From positions 1-52,735 of the forward strand of contig CAAGRQ010000132.1 in NCBI GenBank assembly GCA_900772705.1: 52,735 nucleotides of DNA, read 5' to 3'. The stretch is from Clostridia bacterium (GTDB taxonomy: Bacteria; Bacillota; Clostridia; Oscillospirales; Acutalibacteraceae). A model generated the notes under the pieces. That model made no database searches and had not been told where the DNA came from. It saw nothing but the letters and a program-made list of their open reading frames with translations. The position numbers were made by a program, and so were the translations under genes. This document shows, one piece after another, positions 17,958 to 29,216 of the stretch; within the stretch, counting starts at the first letter, position 1, and every line of letters starts with the position of its first letter.

Positions 17958-20366
17958 TTACATGGCAACAAAATTAACAAGTTTACCGGGAACATATATT
18001 TCTTTCTTTATTTCCTTACCGTCGAGAAGTTCCGCAATCTTAGCGTCTGCCTTAGCTGCGGCGAGAACTTCATCTTTAGGCATATCCACGGGAACGGTAA
18101 GTTTTGAACGAACCTTGCCCATAACCTGAATAACTATCTCAACGCTGTTTTCCTTAGTCTTTTCCTCATCATAGGTCGGCCACTGAGCCTCGTTTACCAT
18201 ACCGCCGAAGTTCATAACCTGCCACATTTCCTCCGTAACATGAGGAGCAAACGGATTGAGAAGAATCGTAAGAGTTTTAAGTTCAGCCTTGTTGCAACCC
18301 TTTTGTGAGAACTCGTTTACGAGAGTCATCATAGATGCGATAGCGGTATTTGCCTTAAGATTATCAATATCGTAAGTAACCTTTTTAATCGTCTTATGCA
18401 TAAGAGCCTCATGCTCGGGTGAATACTCGTCGCCGTCTTTCACCTTTTCCTGAAGATTCCAGTACTTTTCGATAAATCTCTTACAGCCCTTAATTGAATC
18501 GGAATTCCACGGAGCGGCTTTTTCAAAATCGCCGATGAACATTTCATAAAGACGCATCGTGTCTGCGCCGTAGGTGTCTACGATTTCGTCGGGGTTAACG
18601 ACATTGCCTCTGGACTTCGACATTTTCTCGCCGTTTTCGCCGAGAATCATACCGTGTGAAGTTCTCTTTTTATATGGCTCCGAAGTGGGAACAACGCCGA
18701 TGTCATAAAGGAATTTATGCCAAAATCTCGAATAAAGGAGGTGAAGAGTCGTATGCTCCATACCGCCGTTGTACCAATCAACAGGCGTCCAATACTCTGC
18801 GGCTTCCTTAGAAATAAGTTCCTTATCGTTATGCGGGTCGCAATATCTGAGGAAGTACCATGACGAACCTGCCCACTGAGGCATGGTGTCGGTCTCTCTC
18901 TTTGCCGGACCACCGCAGCACGGACAGGTTGTATTAACCCAATCGGTCATTTTTGCAAGCGGAGATTCGCCGGTATCTGTAGGCTCATAGGACTCTACAT
19001 TAGGCAGAGTAAGCGGAAGTTCGCTCTCGTCAAGCGGTACATAGCCGCACTTTTCGCACTTAACAATCGGGATAGGCTCGCCCCAATATCTCTGGCGTGA
19101 GAATACCCAGTCACGAAGTTTGAAGTTAACCTTTTCGTGACCCTTGCCCTCTTTTGTAAGCCACTCGGTAATTGCCTTTTTAGCCTCCTCAACGCTCATA
19201 CCGGTAAGGAAAGAGGAGTTAGTCATAACACCGGTAGCGCAGTCGGTAAACGCCTCGTTTTCTACGCCGACCTCACTGCCCTTAACTACCTCTATAATAG
19301 GAAGATTAAACTTCTTAGCAAATTCCCAGTCACGGGTATCGTGAGCAGGTACAGCCATAATGGCACCCGTACCGTAGGACACGAGTACATAGTCGGAAAT
19401 AAAGATAGGAATTTCGGTATCGTTTACGGGATTAATACCCATTACGCCCTCAAGTTTAACGCCTGTCTTTTCCTTATTAAGTTCCGTACGCTCAAAATCC
19501 GATTTATGAGCGGCTTCGTCCTGATACTTACGAACCTCGTCAAGATTTGTAATCTTATCTGCCCACTTTTCAATCAGCGGATGCTCGGGAGAAATAACCA
19601 TATATGTTGCGCCGAAAAGAGTGTCGGGACGGGTGGTATATACCGTAAGGGTATCACCGAGAGTTGTACCGAAATCAACCTCCGCACCGGTAGAACGACC
19701 TATCCAGTTACGCTGCTGAGTCTTAACTCTCTCAATAAAATCAACATCGTCCAAATCCTTAACAAGTCTGTCTGCATATGCTGTAATTTTAAGCATCCAC
19801 TGGCTCTGATTTTTGCGGATAACCTCACTGCCGCAACGCTCGCAAACGCCGTTTACAACTTCCTCGTTTGCAAGAACGCACTTACACGAGGTGCACCAGT
19901 TTACCGCCATTTCTTTCTTATATGCAAGACCCTTCTTGTAAAGCTGAAGGAAAATCCACTGAGTCCACTTATAATATGACGGGTCGGTGGTATTAATCTC
20001 TCTCGTCCAGTCAAAACTGAAGCCGAGTGACTGAAGTTGCTCCTTAAAGTGAGCCACATTCTCCTTTGTTACCTCTGCGGGGTGAATATGGTTTTTAATC
20101 GCAAAGTTCTCGGTAGGCAGACCGAATGCATCCCAGCCCATGGGATAAAGAACATTATAGCCCTCAAGTCTTTTCTTTCTTGCAACAATATCGAGCGCCG
20201 TATATGAACGTGGGTGACCTACGTGAAGTCCCTGTCCGCTCGGGTACGGAAACTCAACAAGGCAGTAATACTTCGGCAATGTGAAATCCTGCTTTGCCGC
20301 AAATGTATTTTGTGAATACCACACATTCTGCCACTTTGATTCAATCTGCTTAAAATTATATTCCAT
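17958..20366 (-). CDS. leuS: Leucyl-tRNA synthetase
   Basis: [31 protein letters not shown]1 editing domain. Confidence 0.97.
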   Translation of the reverse strand: MEYNFKQIESKWQNVWYSQNTFAAKQDFTLPKYYCLVEFPYPSGQGLHVGHPRSYTALDIVARKKRLEGYNVLYPMGWDAFGLPTENFAIKNHIHPAEVTKENVAHFKEQLQSLGFSFDWTREINTTDPSYYKWTQWIFLQLYKKGLAYKKEMAVNWCTSCKCVLANEEVVNGVCERCGSEVIRKNQSQWMLKITAYADRLVKDLDDVDFIERVKTQQRNWIGRSTGAEVDFGTTLGDTLTVYTTRPDTLFGATYMVISPEHPLIEKWADKITNLDEVRKYQDEAAHKSDFERTELNKEKTGVKLEGVMGINPVNDTEIPIFISDYVLVSYGTGAIMAVPAHDTRDWEFAKKFNLPIIEVVKGSEVGVENEAFTDCATGVMTNSSFLTGMSVEEAKKAITEWLTKEGKGHEKVNFKLRDWVFSRQRYWGEPIPIVKCEKCGYVPLDESELPLTLPNVESYEPTDTGESPLAKMTDWVNTTCPCCGGPAKRETDTMPQWAGSSWYFLRYCDPHNDKELISKEAAEYWTPVDWYNGGMEHTTLHLLYSRFWHKFLYDIGVVPTSEPYKKRTSHGMILGENGEKMSKSRGNVVNPDEIVDTYGADTMRLYEMFIGDFEKAAPWNSDSIKGCKRFIEKYWNLQEKVKDGDEYSPEHEALMHKTIKKVTYDIDNLKANTAIASMMTLVNEFSQKGCNKAELKTLTILLNPFAPHVTEEMWQVMNFGGMVNEAQWPTYDEEKTKENSVEIVIQVMGKVRSKLTVPVDMPKDEVLAAAKADAKIAELLDGKEIKKEIYVPGKLVNFVAM

Positions 20367-20391
20367 TACCTTTTCCTCCTAAGTAAATCTC

Positions 20392-20757
20392 TTAATCCTT
20401 TACAATAATATCGTCTATATCAACCTTTTCGCCGTCCTCCCACAGACGCTCGATTTGATAAAACCCACGCTGCTGCTTTAGGAGAATGTGAATAACCGTT
20501 CCGATATAATCAAGGCAAACCCACTCGCTTCTCTCGCCCTCTGTATGGTGCGGCTCATAACCTGCCTCGGAGAGTTTATATTCGACCTCGTCAGCCATAG
20601 CCTTGAGTTGAGTATTTGAGTTAGCCGTTGCAATTACAAAATAATCGGTAAGCACCGTAATATCCGATACTTTAATTACTTCTATGTCCTCGCCTCTTTT
20701 GCTGTCCATCGCCTTAACGGCAATTTTTGCAATGTCCAAATAATTATCCTTCGTCAT
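20392..20757 (-). CDS. rsfS: Ribosome silencing factor
   Basis: KRGEDI, TDYFVIAT, WVCLDY, FYQIERLW. Confidence 0.93.
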   Translation of the reverse strand: MTKDNYLDIAKIAVKAMDSKRGEDIEVIKVSDITVLTDYFVIATANSNTQLKAMADEVEYKLSEAGYEPHHTEGERSEWVCLDYIGTVIHILLKQQRGFYQIERLWEDGEKVDIDDIIVKD

Positions 20758-21332
20758 ATAATTCCACTTTCTGCTTTTATTTTACCGAGCGCCCAATTAT
20801 AGCAGTTAAGGGTGTCGGGATGTATAATTTCCTGCCTTTTTACCAAATCGGTGATTGTAAATTTCAGTGCGTAAAGCATAGCCTCAAGCAATGATTTGTC
20901 CGCAAGCGTTCTGACATATTCCACATCGTTATAACTTCGCTCCGCACTCGTTAAATCCGCCAGATATATCACCATATCAAACACGCTCATATTATCTCTG
21001 CCCGTGGTATGATACCTTATCCCCGAGAGTATTTCCTCATCGGTAATGCCGAGTTCTCTTTTTACATACTCGGCTCCCGAGATTTGATGATACACCAATT
21101 TATTACTTTTTTCAAGAGCAGAGGGGGAGAGATGCATATATTTTTCCTGTTCGTCGTACGGCATTTCCTTTGTTATATCATGCAAAATGCCTGCAAGATA
21201 TGCCTTGTCGGGGTCTGCACCGTTAAGAAGTGCAAGTTCTCTCGCTCTCTTTGCCACATTCATTGAATGAATAAATCTGTGTTCGGAGAGGCGTTCTTTA
21301 ATCAAATTTTCGTACTTTTCAAAATCATACAT
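20754..21332 (-). CDS. yqeK: HD-domain Ap4A hydrolase YqeK
   Basis: RFIHS, AGILHDITKE, IRYHTTG, IYLAD; follows nadD; start at ATG 21332. Confidence 0.9.
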   Translation of the reverse strand: MYDFEKYENLIKERLSEHRFIHSMNVAKRARELALLNGADPDKAYLAGILHDITKEMPYDEQEKYMHLSPSALEKSNKLVYHQISGAEYVKRELGITDEEILSGIRYHTTGRDNMSVFDMVIYLADLTSAERSYNDVEYVRTLADKSLLEAMLYALKFTITDLVKRQEIIHPDTLNCYNWALGKIKAESGII

Positions 21333-21918
21333 ATAAGCCGTGCTCCTTAATATATTTTTCCACTCCGTCGGGAACGAGGGAAGAAATATCTTTCTTTGCC
21401 TTAATGCGTGCCCTGATTTGGGACGACGACACTTCGGTAACATCGAAATCGGAAACAATCGAATTTTTCATTTCGGTATGACTGCTCTTATATTCTGATA
21501 ATTCTTTATACCTGTTTATATGTCGGCAAGCGGTAACAACGGTTGCAAGCTTTAATATATCCTCATACCTGTACCACTTATCGAAATATAAATACTGATC
21601 CTCTCCGACGATTAAGTAAAAATCATCATCGGGGTACTTATTCTTCAGATAAACAAGGGTGTCATAAGTATAACTTTTTCCCTCTCGCCTAAACTCGCAG
21701 TCGTCAATCTCAAAGTTATCAAATCCTGATAAAGCAACGGCAAGCATATTTATTCTGTCCGCCTCGCTCGCCAACAGTTCGTCCGTCTTATGCGGCGGAA
21801 TATGAGTCGGGATAAAGATAATCCGATCAAGCCCGAGCGAAGTCATATAGTGCCTTGCCAGAGCGATATGTCCGTTATGCACCGGGTTAAACGCTCCGCC
21901 GAAAATTCCTGTTTTCAT
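21325..21918 (-). CDS. nadD: Nicotinate-nucleotide adenylyltransferase
   Basis: GGAFNPVHNGH, PPHK, SYTYDTL, VSSSQIR. Confidence 0.95.
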   Translation of the reverse strand: MKTGIFGGAFNPVHNGHIALARHYMTSLGLDRIIFIPTHIPPHKTDELLASEADRINMLAVALSGFDNFEIDDCEFRREGKSYTYDTLVYLKNKYPDDDFYLIVGEDQYLYFDKWYRYEDILKLATVVTACRHINRYKELSEYKSSHTEMKNSIVSDFDVTEVSSSQIRARIKAKKDISSLVPDGVEKYIKEHGLYV

Positions 21919-21919
21919 A

Positions 21920-22366
21920 TCACTTTGTTCTGCTCTGCTTTTTGTTTTTGTCCTTATTCATTCTGTCATAAACGGCATAAGGATTTTTTGCTTCTTTTTC
22001 TCTCTGTCTTTGTCTGAGACCTTTGATTTTTACCTTTTTCTTTGCCTTAGCCTTTGCCGAGCCCGAGCCTCTTTTTTTCTTTTTCTCCGCTATTCTGTCG
22101 GGGTCTGCCTTACGGTAAAGGACTATCACTCCGCCGATAACCTGAATAACCTCCGCCTGCAAAGCCTCTGCCAATTTAGGTGCAAATTGCTTAGGACTCT
22201 CGGGTGCGGTCTCGAGATGAACTCTTATTTTAATCAATTCACGCACATCCAAAGTGTCGTCAATCTGGGTAATAAGGTTATCGGTAATTCCCTCCTTGCC
22301 TATCTGAATAATAGGCTCGAGTGAATTAGCCTTTGCACGCCAAGCGGCTCTTTCCTTTGATGTCAT
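21920..22366 (-). CDS. yhbY: YhbY/CRM RNA-binding protein with basic C-terminal tail
   Basis: MTSKERAAWRAKAN, IQIGKEG, RELIKI, QVIG..VLYR. Confidence 0.9.
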   Translation of the reverse strand: MTSKERAAWRAKANSLEPIIQIGKEGITDNLITQIDDTLDVRELIKIRVHLETAPESPKQFAPKLAEALQAEVIQVIGGVIVLYRKADPDRIAEKKKKRGSGSAKAKAKKKVKIKGLRQRQREKEAKNPYAVYDRMNKDKNKKQSRTK

Positions 22367-22986
22367 AAAATGTTCTCCAATTCCTTAGTAAGTAATCTGA
22401 GGGCTTTACCTCTGTGGGAGATTTTGTCTTTCTCCTCGCCCTCATATTTTCCGAATGATTTTCCGTTTATTATAAACAGCGGGTCATAGCCGAAGCCTGC
22501 GTTTCCGTCACGCTCAAAGCCGATATGTCCGTGGCATTCGCCCCTTACGGTAATCTCTTTTCCGTCGGGGAAAATACAGCAGATAGCGCATACATAATAT
22601 GCCGTGCGTTTTTCTTCTTCAACGCCCTCAAGTTTTTTGAGCAGAAGATTATTATTATCCTCATCGTCTGCGTTCTTTTCGTTATCCACGCATTCTCCGC
22701 CGTGAATTTCTATGTTTGCAAACCGTGCGGAGTATATTCCCGGATAACCGTCAAGATAATCAACGCACAGTCCGCTGTCATCGGCTATGGCAGGCAAGCC
22801 TGTGATTTTGCAGGCGCTTTCTGCCTTTATTTTTGCGTTAGCCTCAAAGGTGTCTCCGTCCTCGACTACCTCGGGCAGAGTTATTCCGAGCATCTTTGCG
22901 GTAACGACATTTATTCCGAGCGGAGCAAGAATTCTCTGCATTTCCGCAAGTTTTTTCATATTATTCGTGGCTAAAATAAAATCCAT
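22363..22986 (-). CDS. rdgB: Non-canonical purine NTP pyrophosphatase (RdgB/HAM1)
   Basis: ATNNMKKL, ADDSGL, PGIYSARF, GFGYDPLF, ISHRGKA. Confidence 0.95.
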   Translation of the reverse strand: MDFILATNNMKKLAEMQRILAPLGINVVTAKMLGITLPEVVEDGDTFEANAKIKAESACKITGLPAIADDSGLCVDYLDGYPGIYSARFANIEIHGGECVDNEKNADDEDNNNLLLKKLEGVEEEKRTAYYVCAICCIFPDGKEITVRGECHGHIGFERDGNAGFGYDPLFIINGKSFGKYEGEEKDKISHRGKALRLLTKELENIL

Positions 22987-23978
22987 TATTTTTCCTCTTT
23001 CTCCTCGAGTTCGGGGTCATTGCTGTGCATAAATTCCTTAATTGAATCATCCTCGCCGTGAGTGGGAGTCAAGTCGAACATAGCCGAAGCAAACGCTTCT
23101 GCGTCAAACGGCTGTAAATCATCTATCTGCTCGCCGACGCCGATAAATTTAACCGGCACATCAAGTTCGTTATTTATGGCAAGCACAACGCCGCCTCTTG
23201 CGGTTCCGTCAAGTTTTGTAAGAATAATGCCTGTAATGCCTGCCGCTTCCTTAAAGTCCTTTGCCTGATTAACGGCGTTTTGACCCGTGGTTGCGTCAAG
23301 GACAAGCAGCGTCTCACGGCTTGCGTCGGGAAGTTCACGGTCAATAACACGGCTGATTTTATTAAGTTCGTCCATAAGGTTTTTCTTATTATGCAATCTG
23401 CCTGCGGTGTCTATGATAATAACATCGGCATTTTTCGCCTTGCCCGACTGAATGGTATCGTATACAACCGCCGCCGGGTCTGCGCCCTCGCCGTGCTTTA
23501 CAAGCGGAACCTGCGCTCTGTCAGCCCAAACCTGAAGTTGCTCGATAGCACCTGCCCTAAATGTATCCGCAGCACCCAACACAACGCTTCTGCCCATGGA
23601 CTTGAGCCGCATTGCAAGTTTACCGATTGTGGTGGTTTTGCCCACTCCGTTTACGCCGATTACGAGAATAACCGACGGCTTTGTACGAAGTGACAAATAA
23701 CTGCCGCCCCACACTACGCCGGCTACAATGTCCTTTAACGTTTCACGAACATCGGCAACGCTTGTGATATTATCGTTTGCAATCTTTTCTTTAAGGTCGC
23801 CTATTACTCTTTCCGCTGTCGGAAAGCCGACATCGCCCATAATGAGCACTTCTTCAAGTTCGTCAAAAAGTCCATCGGTGATTTTTTCGTGTGACTCGAG
23901 AACGCTGTCAACCTGTGCGGTCATACCCTCTGTTCTCGTCTTTTTTAAGCCTTTTCTTAATTTTTCAAATAATCCCAT
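22986..23978 (-). CDS. ftsY: SRP receptor GTPase
   Basis: [30 protein letters not shown]. Confidence 0.96.
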   Translation of the reverse strand: MGLFEKLRKGLKKTRTEGMTAQVDSVLESHEKITDGLFDELEEVLIMGDVGFPTAERVIGDLKEKIANDNITSVADVRETLKDIVAGVVWGGSYLSLRTKPSVILVIGVNGVGKTTTIGKLAMRLKSMGRSVVLGAADTFRAGAIEQLQVWADRAQVPLVKHGEGADPAAVVYDTIQSGKAKNADVIIIDTAGRLHNKKNLMDELNKISRVIDRELPDASRETLLVLDATTGQNAVNQAKDFKEAAGITGIILTKLDGTARGGVVLAINNELDVPVKFIGVGEQIDDLQPFDAEAFASAMFDLTPTHGEDDSIKEFMHSNDPELEEKEEK

Positions 23979-23991
23979 ATTTACCTCTTTA

Positions 23992-26900
23992 CTATGCGTC
24001 TAATCCCATTTGAGCGGCAAGTTCGGTCGATTGAAGTTCAAGAAGTTTCGACACTCCCTTTTCCTGCATCGTTACTCCGTACAGCACATCTGCCTCTTCC
24101 ATAGTGCCCCTACGGTGAGTAATTGAGATGAACTGCGTTTTGTCCGTCATACGACGCATATATTTTGCAAATCGCTCGACATTGACATCGTCAAGTGCCG
24201 CCTCAACCTCGTCGTAAATACAAAACGGCGACGGTTGCACCTTAAGCACGCTGAACAAAAGTGCCATTGCGGCAAGCGATTTTTCTCCGCCGGAGAACAG
24301 GTTAATGTTCTGCACCGATTTTCCGGGCGGCTGAATTTTAATTTCAATCGGCGATTCAAGGCAGTTGTTCGGATCCTCGAGTATGAGTTCGCCCTTACCT
24401 CCGCCGAAGAAATCCGAAAAACTTATCTTAAATTCCTCGTTTATCTTCTTAAACTGAGTAAGGAACTTTTCGCTCATAGACGCCGTAAGGTCGGATATGA
24501 TATTGCCGAGTTCTTTCTTTGACGCCTCAATATCGTCAATCTGTTCTTTAAGGAAAGTATATCTTTCGCTCACTTCCTTATATTCTTCGATTGCGCCGAC
24601 ATTAATCGAGCCGAGTCCTCTTATGGCAACCTTAATCTCGTGAAGCCTTTTCTTAGCCGCCGACATATCCTCTATGACTATGCCGAGCATTTCAGCCTCG
24701 GGCTTTGTAAGTTCGTACTGCTCAAAGAGCATATCGCCGAGTTCATCATATTCTTTTTTCATATTATTCTTTCGTTCCTCTAACCTTACAAGGTCGGACG
24801 AAAGTTTTTCCTTGTCCTGAAGTCTTGCCTTTTCGTCGGCTCTGAGTTCATTTGTCTGCTTTTCGAGTTCGTTGCGGCGCTCGATTTCGCTCTGTACCGA
24901 CTCTCCCGCCTCGGCGGCTCTTTTTCTGAGTGCGTCCGCCTGCGACTTAATATCGTTTATTGACAGGAGCAAAGCCTCGTTTTTGGCATTGATTTCGGCG
25001 ATTTCGTCATTAATGGATTTAACCCTGTCGGACTGATTCGCCTTTCTCAGTTCAAGTTCGATAACAGCCTGTCTTGCCGCCTCCGTATCCTTTGTCAGGG
25101 TAACAAGTTCAAGGTTAATGCTTTCTGTTCTCTCACGAATATCGTCACGCTTTTTAATAAGTTCGCTTGCGCCCTCGGAAATCGAGTTGAGTTCGTTTTC
25201 GGTCTCCTCGCTCTCCGCCTTGATTCGCTCGCAGTCCGCCTGAGCCTTTTTGCCTGCCTCCTCAAAGAGGAGAATTCTGCCCTCGCTGTTTTCCTGCTCA
25301 CGAAGCATAGCCGCCTTTTGTGCCTCAAAGGACGAAAGTTTGTCTCCGATAAGTTTATCGTCGCCCTCTGCTCTGATGAGTTCTTCCTTTGCATTTCTCA
25401 AATCGGCATCTGCGCCCTGCAAGTCGGCACCCGCAAGATTAGCCGCCTCAACAGCCTTTTTGAGTTCGAGTTGTGCGCTGTCGAGTTCGTTTTTAATTTC
25501 CCGAGCCTCGTCCTTCAACTGCTCTATAAGGTTTGCACGGGAGAGAACTCCGCTGCCTCTGCCCTTTGAGCCACCCGTCATTGAACCGCCCGGATTGATA
25601 ACCTGACCGTCAAGAGTTACGGTCTTGTATTTATTTTCATATCTCTTAGAAATACCTACTGCACAGTCAATATCCTCAACAATCATAACCCTGCCGAGCA
25701 GATTTTCTATAATATCACGGTACTGCCCATCGCATTCTACAAGATTTGACGCCACATCGACAAAGCCGAAATTATCGTCCAAATTCTTTTCCTGCATAGT
25801 GCGTGGCTTTATTGCGGATATGGGGAGAAATGTTGCTCTGCCGACATTGTTCTGTTTAAGATAAGCGATAGCCCTCTTTGCGTCGCTCTCGGAAGAAACA
25901 ACAATATTCTGCATAGCCGCACCGAGTGCGATTTCAATAGCGGTGGAATATTCGTTATCAACCGTGATAAGTTGCGACAGTGTTCCGTGAATGCCGGAAA
26001 GCGCCTTGTTTTGGCTCTGCTTAAGCACAGCCTTAACCGCTCCCGAAAATCCCTCCATATTCTTTTCAAGGTCGAGAAGAACATTGGCTCTGTCGGTTTT
26101 TTCGCCGTATTTTCTGGAGAGAGAATTTACTTTATCTCTTATCTTCTCCGCAGCCTCGGTCTTGCCCTGAAGTTTAATGCGATAGCCGCCGAGAGAATTT
26201 TCGTACTCGGATATTCTCTCCCTGATAAATTCGAGATTTTTCTCGCTTTCGTCCTTTTGGCTTTTTGTATATTCAATATCCTTTTCCACGCTGTCTATCT
26301 GAGCGGACAAGATATCTTTTCTTGAATTGATTTCCTCTATGGACGAGCTTGCCTGCGATGCTTTAACCTTTGCGTCGCTGAGCTGAAGTGTGAGAGAGGT
26401 GAGTTTTTTATTAAGTTCAAGGGTTTTGTCCGAAATTTCCAAATTTTCGTCCTGCACCTTTGAGAGTTCGCCTGCGACAGCCTCGAGCATAGCCTTTTTC
26501 TCTGCCGACTTTTGCTCATTTTCGTCAATTACCGCCTGCTTTTGCTTAATCTGCTCATATATGCTTTTGCCCGAATCGTCGGCATCGTTTATGTCCGCAG
26601 TAAGACGGGCAACGGTTTCGTTATTATGCTCTACGGTTGCATTAAGAACGGAAGCCTCGCCGTCCTTACGCAAAGCCTCCTCCTCAAAGCCGGAGGCACC
26701 GAGTCTGCTCTGCTCGATTGCAAGATTTATACCTGCAATCTCATTGGCAATACTTTCAAGCCTGTTCTCAAGGTCGAGCAAATCCTTTTCGCAAACCTCG
26801 TACGATGCGTTTGCGGCGTCGATTTTATGCTCCTGCTCACGCAAGTCCACCGTAAACTTATTTATTTTATTAAGCCAAACGCCGATTTCAAGCGTTTTCT

Positions 26901-27564
26901 TTTCGTCGCTGAGCACCAAGAACTTCTGTGCCTTTTCGCTTTGTTTTTTAAGCGGACCGACTCTTCCCTCAAGTTCCGCAAGAATGTCAAGCAGTCGAAC
27001 AAGATTTTCCTGTGCCTGCTCCAGTCTTCTCTCTGCGTCCCGTCTCTTATGGCGAAAGCGTGAAATACCTGCCGCCTCTTCAAATAGTTCTCGTCTGTCC
27101 TCATTTTTTGCGGAAATGATAGAATCAATTTTGCCCTGACCTACCATAGAGTAGCCGTCTGCGCCGAGACCCGTATCCATAAACAGTTCGTGAATATCCT
27201 TGCGGCGAACGCTCTCTCCGTCTATCTTATACTCGCTCTCGCCCGAACGGTAATAGCGGCGGCTGACTGTCACAATATCGCCGTGACCGTCAAGCGAGCC
27301 GTCCGTGTTATCGAGAGTTAAAACGACTTGGGCAAAGCCGAGTGCCTTACGGCTGGAAGTACCGCCGAAAATTACATCCTCCATTTTAGAACCACGAAGC
27401 GACTTTGTGCTCGTTTCGCCGAGAACCCAGCGAACGGCGTCGGAAATATTACTCTTTCCCGAACCGTTAGGTCCCACAACGGCGGTGATACCCTTGCCGA
27501 AGTTTAATTCAGTTTTATCGGGGAATGACTTAAATCCCTGCATTTCTAATGTTCTGAGTAGCAT
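23992..27564 (-). CDS. smc: Chromosome segregation protein SMC
   Basis: GFKSF, GPNGSGKSN, hinge GRATFLP, FSGGEK, YDEVEAALD. Confidence 0.97.
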   Translation of the reverse strand: MLLRTLEMQGFKSFPDKTELNFGKGITAVVGPNGSGKSNISDAVRWVLGETSTKSLRGSKMEDVIFGGTSSRKALGFAQVVLTLDNTDGSLDGHGDIVTVSRRYYRSGESEYKIDGESVRRKDIHELFMDTGLGADGYSMVGQGKIDSIISAKNEDRRELFEEAAGISRFRHKRRDAERRLEQAQENLVRLLDILAELEGRVGPLKKQSEKAQKFLVLSDEKKTLEIGVWLNKINKFTVDLREQEHKIDAANASYEVCEKDLLDLENRLESIANEIAGINLAIEQSRLGASGFEEEALRKDGEASVLNATVEHNNETVARLTADINDADDSGKSIYEQIKQKQAVIDENEQKSAEKKAMLEAVAGELSKVQDENLEISDKTLELNKKLTSLTLQLSDAKVKASQASSSIEEINSRKDILSAQIDSVEKDIEYTKSQKDESEKNLEFIRERISEYENSLGGYRIKLQGKTEAAEKIRDKVNSLSRKYGEKTDRANVLLDLEKNMEGFSGAVKAVLKQSQNKALSGIHGTLSQLITVDNEYSTAIEIALGAAMQNIVVSSESDAKRAIAYLKQNNVGRATFLPISAIKPRTMQEKNLDDNFGFVDVASNLVECDGQYRDIIENLLGRVMIVEDIDCAVGISKRYENKYKTVTLDGQVINPGGSMTGGSKGRGSGVLSRANLIEQLKDEAREIKNELDSAQLELKKAVEAANLAGADLQGADADLRNAKEELIRAEGDDKLIGDKLSSFEAQKAAMLREQENSEGRILLFEEAGKKAQADCERIKAESEETENELNSISEGASELIKKRDDIRERTESINLELVTLTKDTEAARQAVIELELRKANQSDRVKSINDEIAEINAKNEALLLSINDIKSQADALRKRAAEAGESVQSEIERRNELEKQTNELRADEKARLQDKEKLSSDLVRLEERKNNMKKEYDELGDMLFEQYELTKPEAEMLGIVIEDMSAAKKRLHEIKVAIRGLGSINVGAIEEYKEVSERYTFLKEQIDDIEASKKELGNIISDLTASMSEKFLTQFKKINEEFKISFSDFFGGGKGELILEDPNNCLESPIEIKIQPPGKSVQNINLFSGGEKSLAAMALLFSVLKVQPSPFCIYDEVEAALDDVNVERFAKYMRRMTDKTQFISITHRRGTMEEADVLYGVTMQEKGVSKLLELQSTELAAQMGLDA

Positions 27565-27569
27565 ATTTT

Positions 27570-28547
27570 TTACCGTCTTACAATTTTAATATCGCCTGCG
27601 GCAACCTTATCGTTTACCGTGACTTTTATGTTATATCCCTCTTCCATAAGGAAGTATATGTTTCTCTTTTGCTGTCCCTTCAGTTGCGACACGGATTTTG
27701 AATTAACCATAATCTCGTAATCGGCAGGTGGGTACTTTAATATTTTATTGAGCATATATCTGCTCTTAACTATCTCGCCAAAGCTGTCGTGGAATGCACC
27801 CGCAATCATATTTTTCTTAAGTTCCGGTGATGAATGAAGTCCGAGCCTTATCACTCTTATGCCCGCTTTTTCAAACATAGGAACTATTTTCGTGCACAAA
27901 TTTGCGGCGTCGTCCACCGTCTGCGGCTTATATAATTCGTCCTCGTAAAGTTTTGCAAGATATGTATTTTTAAGTACAACGGTAGGATAAATCCTGATTG
28001 TATCGGGTGCAAGGTCAATTATTTTTTGAGCCGTTTGAACAGCCTTTTCGTCCGTGTCGAGATACAAGCCCGTCATCATCTGAAGTCCGAGTTCAAAGCC
28101 GAAAGACTTAATAAGTCTTGAAGCGTTTTCCACATCCTCTGCCGTGTGCCCTCTGAAATTGGCCCTAAGTACCTCATCGTCCATACTCTGTGCACCGAGT
28201 TCGATTGAGGTAACGCCGTATTTTTTCAGTATATCAAGCACTTCTTCATCAATGCAGTCGGGTCGGGTCGAGATACGAATACCGTTTACCCTGCCGTCCT
28301 TAACATAATCATAAGCCGCCTTTAAGAGAGAAAGCATATACTCTCTGTCTATTGCGGTAAAACTTCCGCCGAAGAAGGCTATTTCATAATCGTAATTCTT
28401 TTTTTTCAACGCCGTTTCCACAGCGGATCTTACATCGTCTGCGCTCGGTTGACTCTGCTTTCCCGTAATGGTATTTTGGTTACAAAATGAGCATTTGTGA
28501 GGGCAGCCGAGATGCGGAATAAAAAGACTTATATTTCCTTTTTTCAT
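27570..28547 (-). CDS. Elp3-like radical SAM protein
   Basis: CPHKCSFCNQ, FFGGSFT, ISTRPD, IELGAQS; usual clostridial position between rnc and smc. Confidence 0.88.
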   Translation of the reverse strand: MKKGNISLFIPHLGCPHKCSFCNQNTITGKQSQPSADDVRSAVETALKKKNYDYEIAFFGGSFTAIDREYMLSLLKAAYDYVKDGRVNGIRISTRPDCIDEEVLDILKKYGVTSIELGAQSMDDEVLRANFRGHTAEDVENASRLIKSFGFELGLQMMTGLYLDTDEKAVQTAQKIIDLAPDTIRIYPTVVLKNTYLAKLYEDELYKPQTVDDAANLCTKIVPMFEKAGIRVIRLGLHSSPELKKNMIAGAFHDSFGEIVKSRYMLNKILKYPPADYEIMVNSKSVSQLKGQQKRNIYFLMEEGYNIKVTVNDKVAAGDIKIVRR

Positions 28548-29215
28548 ATAATTCCCATCAGCGAAAGAGCCTCTTTCGCCGCCTCCTGCTCTGCCTGTTT
28601 CTTACTCTTGCCGACTCCCGTGCCGACAATATTTGAGTTAAGATGAACCTCTGCCTTAAAGGTACGGTCGTGCGGAGGTCCGTCCTCGCCGACGATAACA
28701 TAATTGAGCGTTTCGTCCTTATTCTGCTGAATGACCTCTTGAAGCGTAGTCTTATAATCCTTAAACGGAATATGATGAGTGTCTATATCCTTTGACAAAA
28801 AGCGCAGAATGTGTTTTCTCGCCTGCTCCATTCCGCCGTCAAGATATATGGCGGCAATAAGAGCCTCAAAGGCATTTTCCAAATTAGAGCTTCTGTCGCT
28901 GCCGCCCGTTTTTTCCTCACCTCTGCCGAGGAGCAAATAATCGCCCAAATCAATCTCTCTGGCAAAATCCGAAAGCGACTGAGTGCATACGAGCGATGAG
29001 CGAAGTTTTGACAAATCGCCCTCGGGCCAATCGGGATAACGCTCGTAAAGATACTGCGCCGAAACAAGACTCAGCACCGCATCGCCCAAAAATTCCATAC
29101 GCTCGTTATTATAGCCCAACTGGCAGTCGTTTGCATAACTCGAATGAGTCAGCGCCTCTTTAAGTAAATCCTTATTCTTGAAGGTATAATTTATTTTTTC
29201 TTCAAGCGTTTTCAT
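28544..29215 (-). CDS. rnc: Ribonuclease III
   Basis: ALTHSSY, NERMEFLGDAVL, dsRBD DYKTTLQE..SKKQAEQEAA. Confidence 0.97.
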   Translation of the reverse strand: MKTLEEKINYTFKNKDLLKEALTHSSYANDCQLGYNNERMEFLGDAVLSLVSAQYLYERYPDWPEGDLSKLRSSLVCTQSLSDFAREIDLGDYLLLGRGEEKTGGSDRSSNLENAFEALIAAIYLDGGMEQARKHILRFLSKDIDTHHIPFKDYKTTLQEVIQQNKDETLNYVIVGEDGPPHDRTFKAEVHLNSNIVGTGVGKSKKQAEQEAAKEALSLMGII

Positions 29216-29216
29216 A

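Noticed and set aside
19137..19979. 280-aa plus-strand ORF
   Set aside because: Antisense to leuS; no RBS or motifs.
26390..27139. 249-aa Ser-rich plus-strand ORF
   Set aside because: Antisense reading of the Glu/Lys-rich SMC coiled coil.
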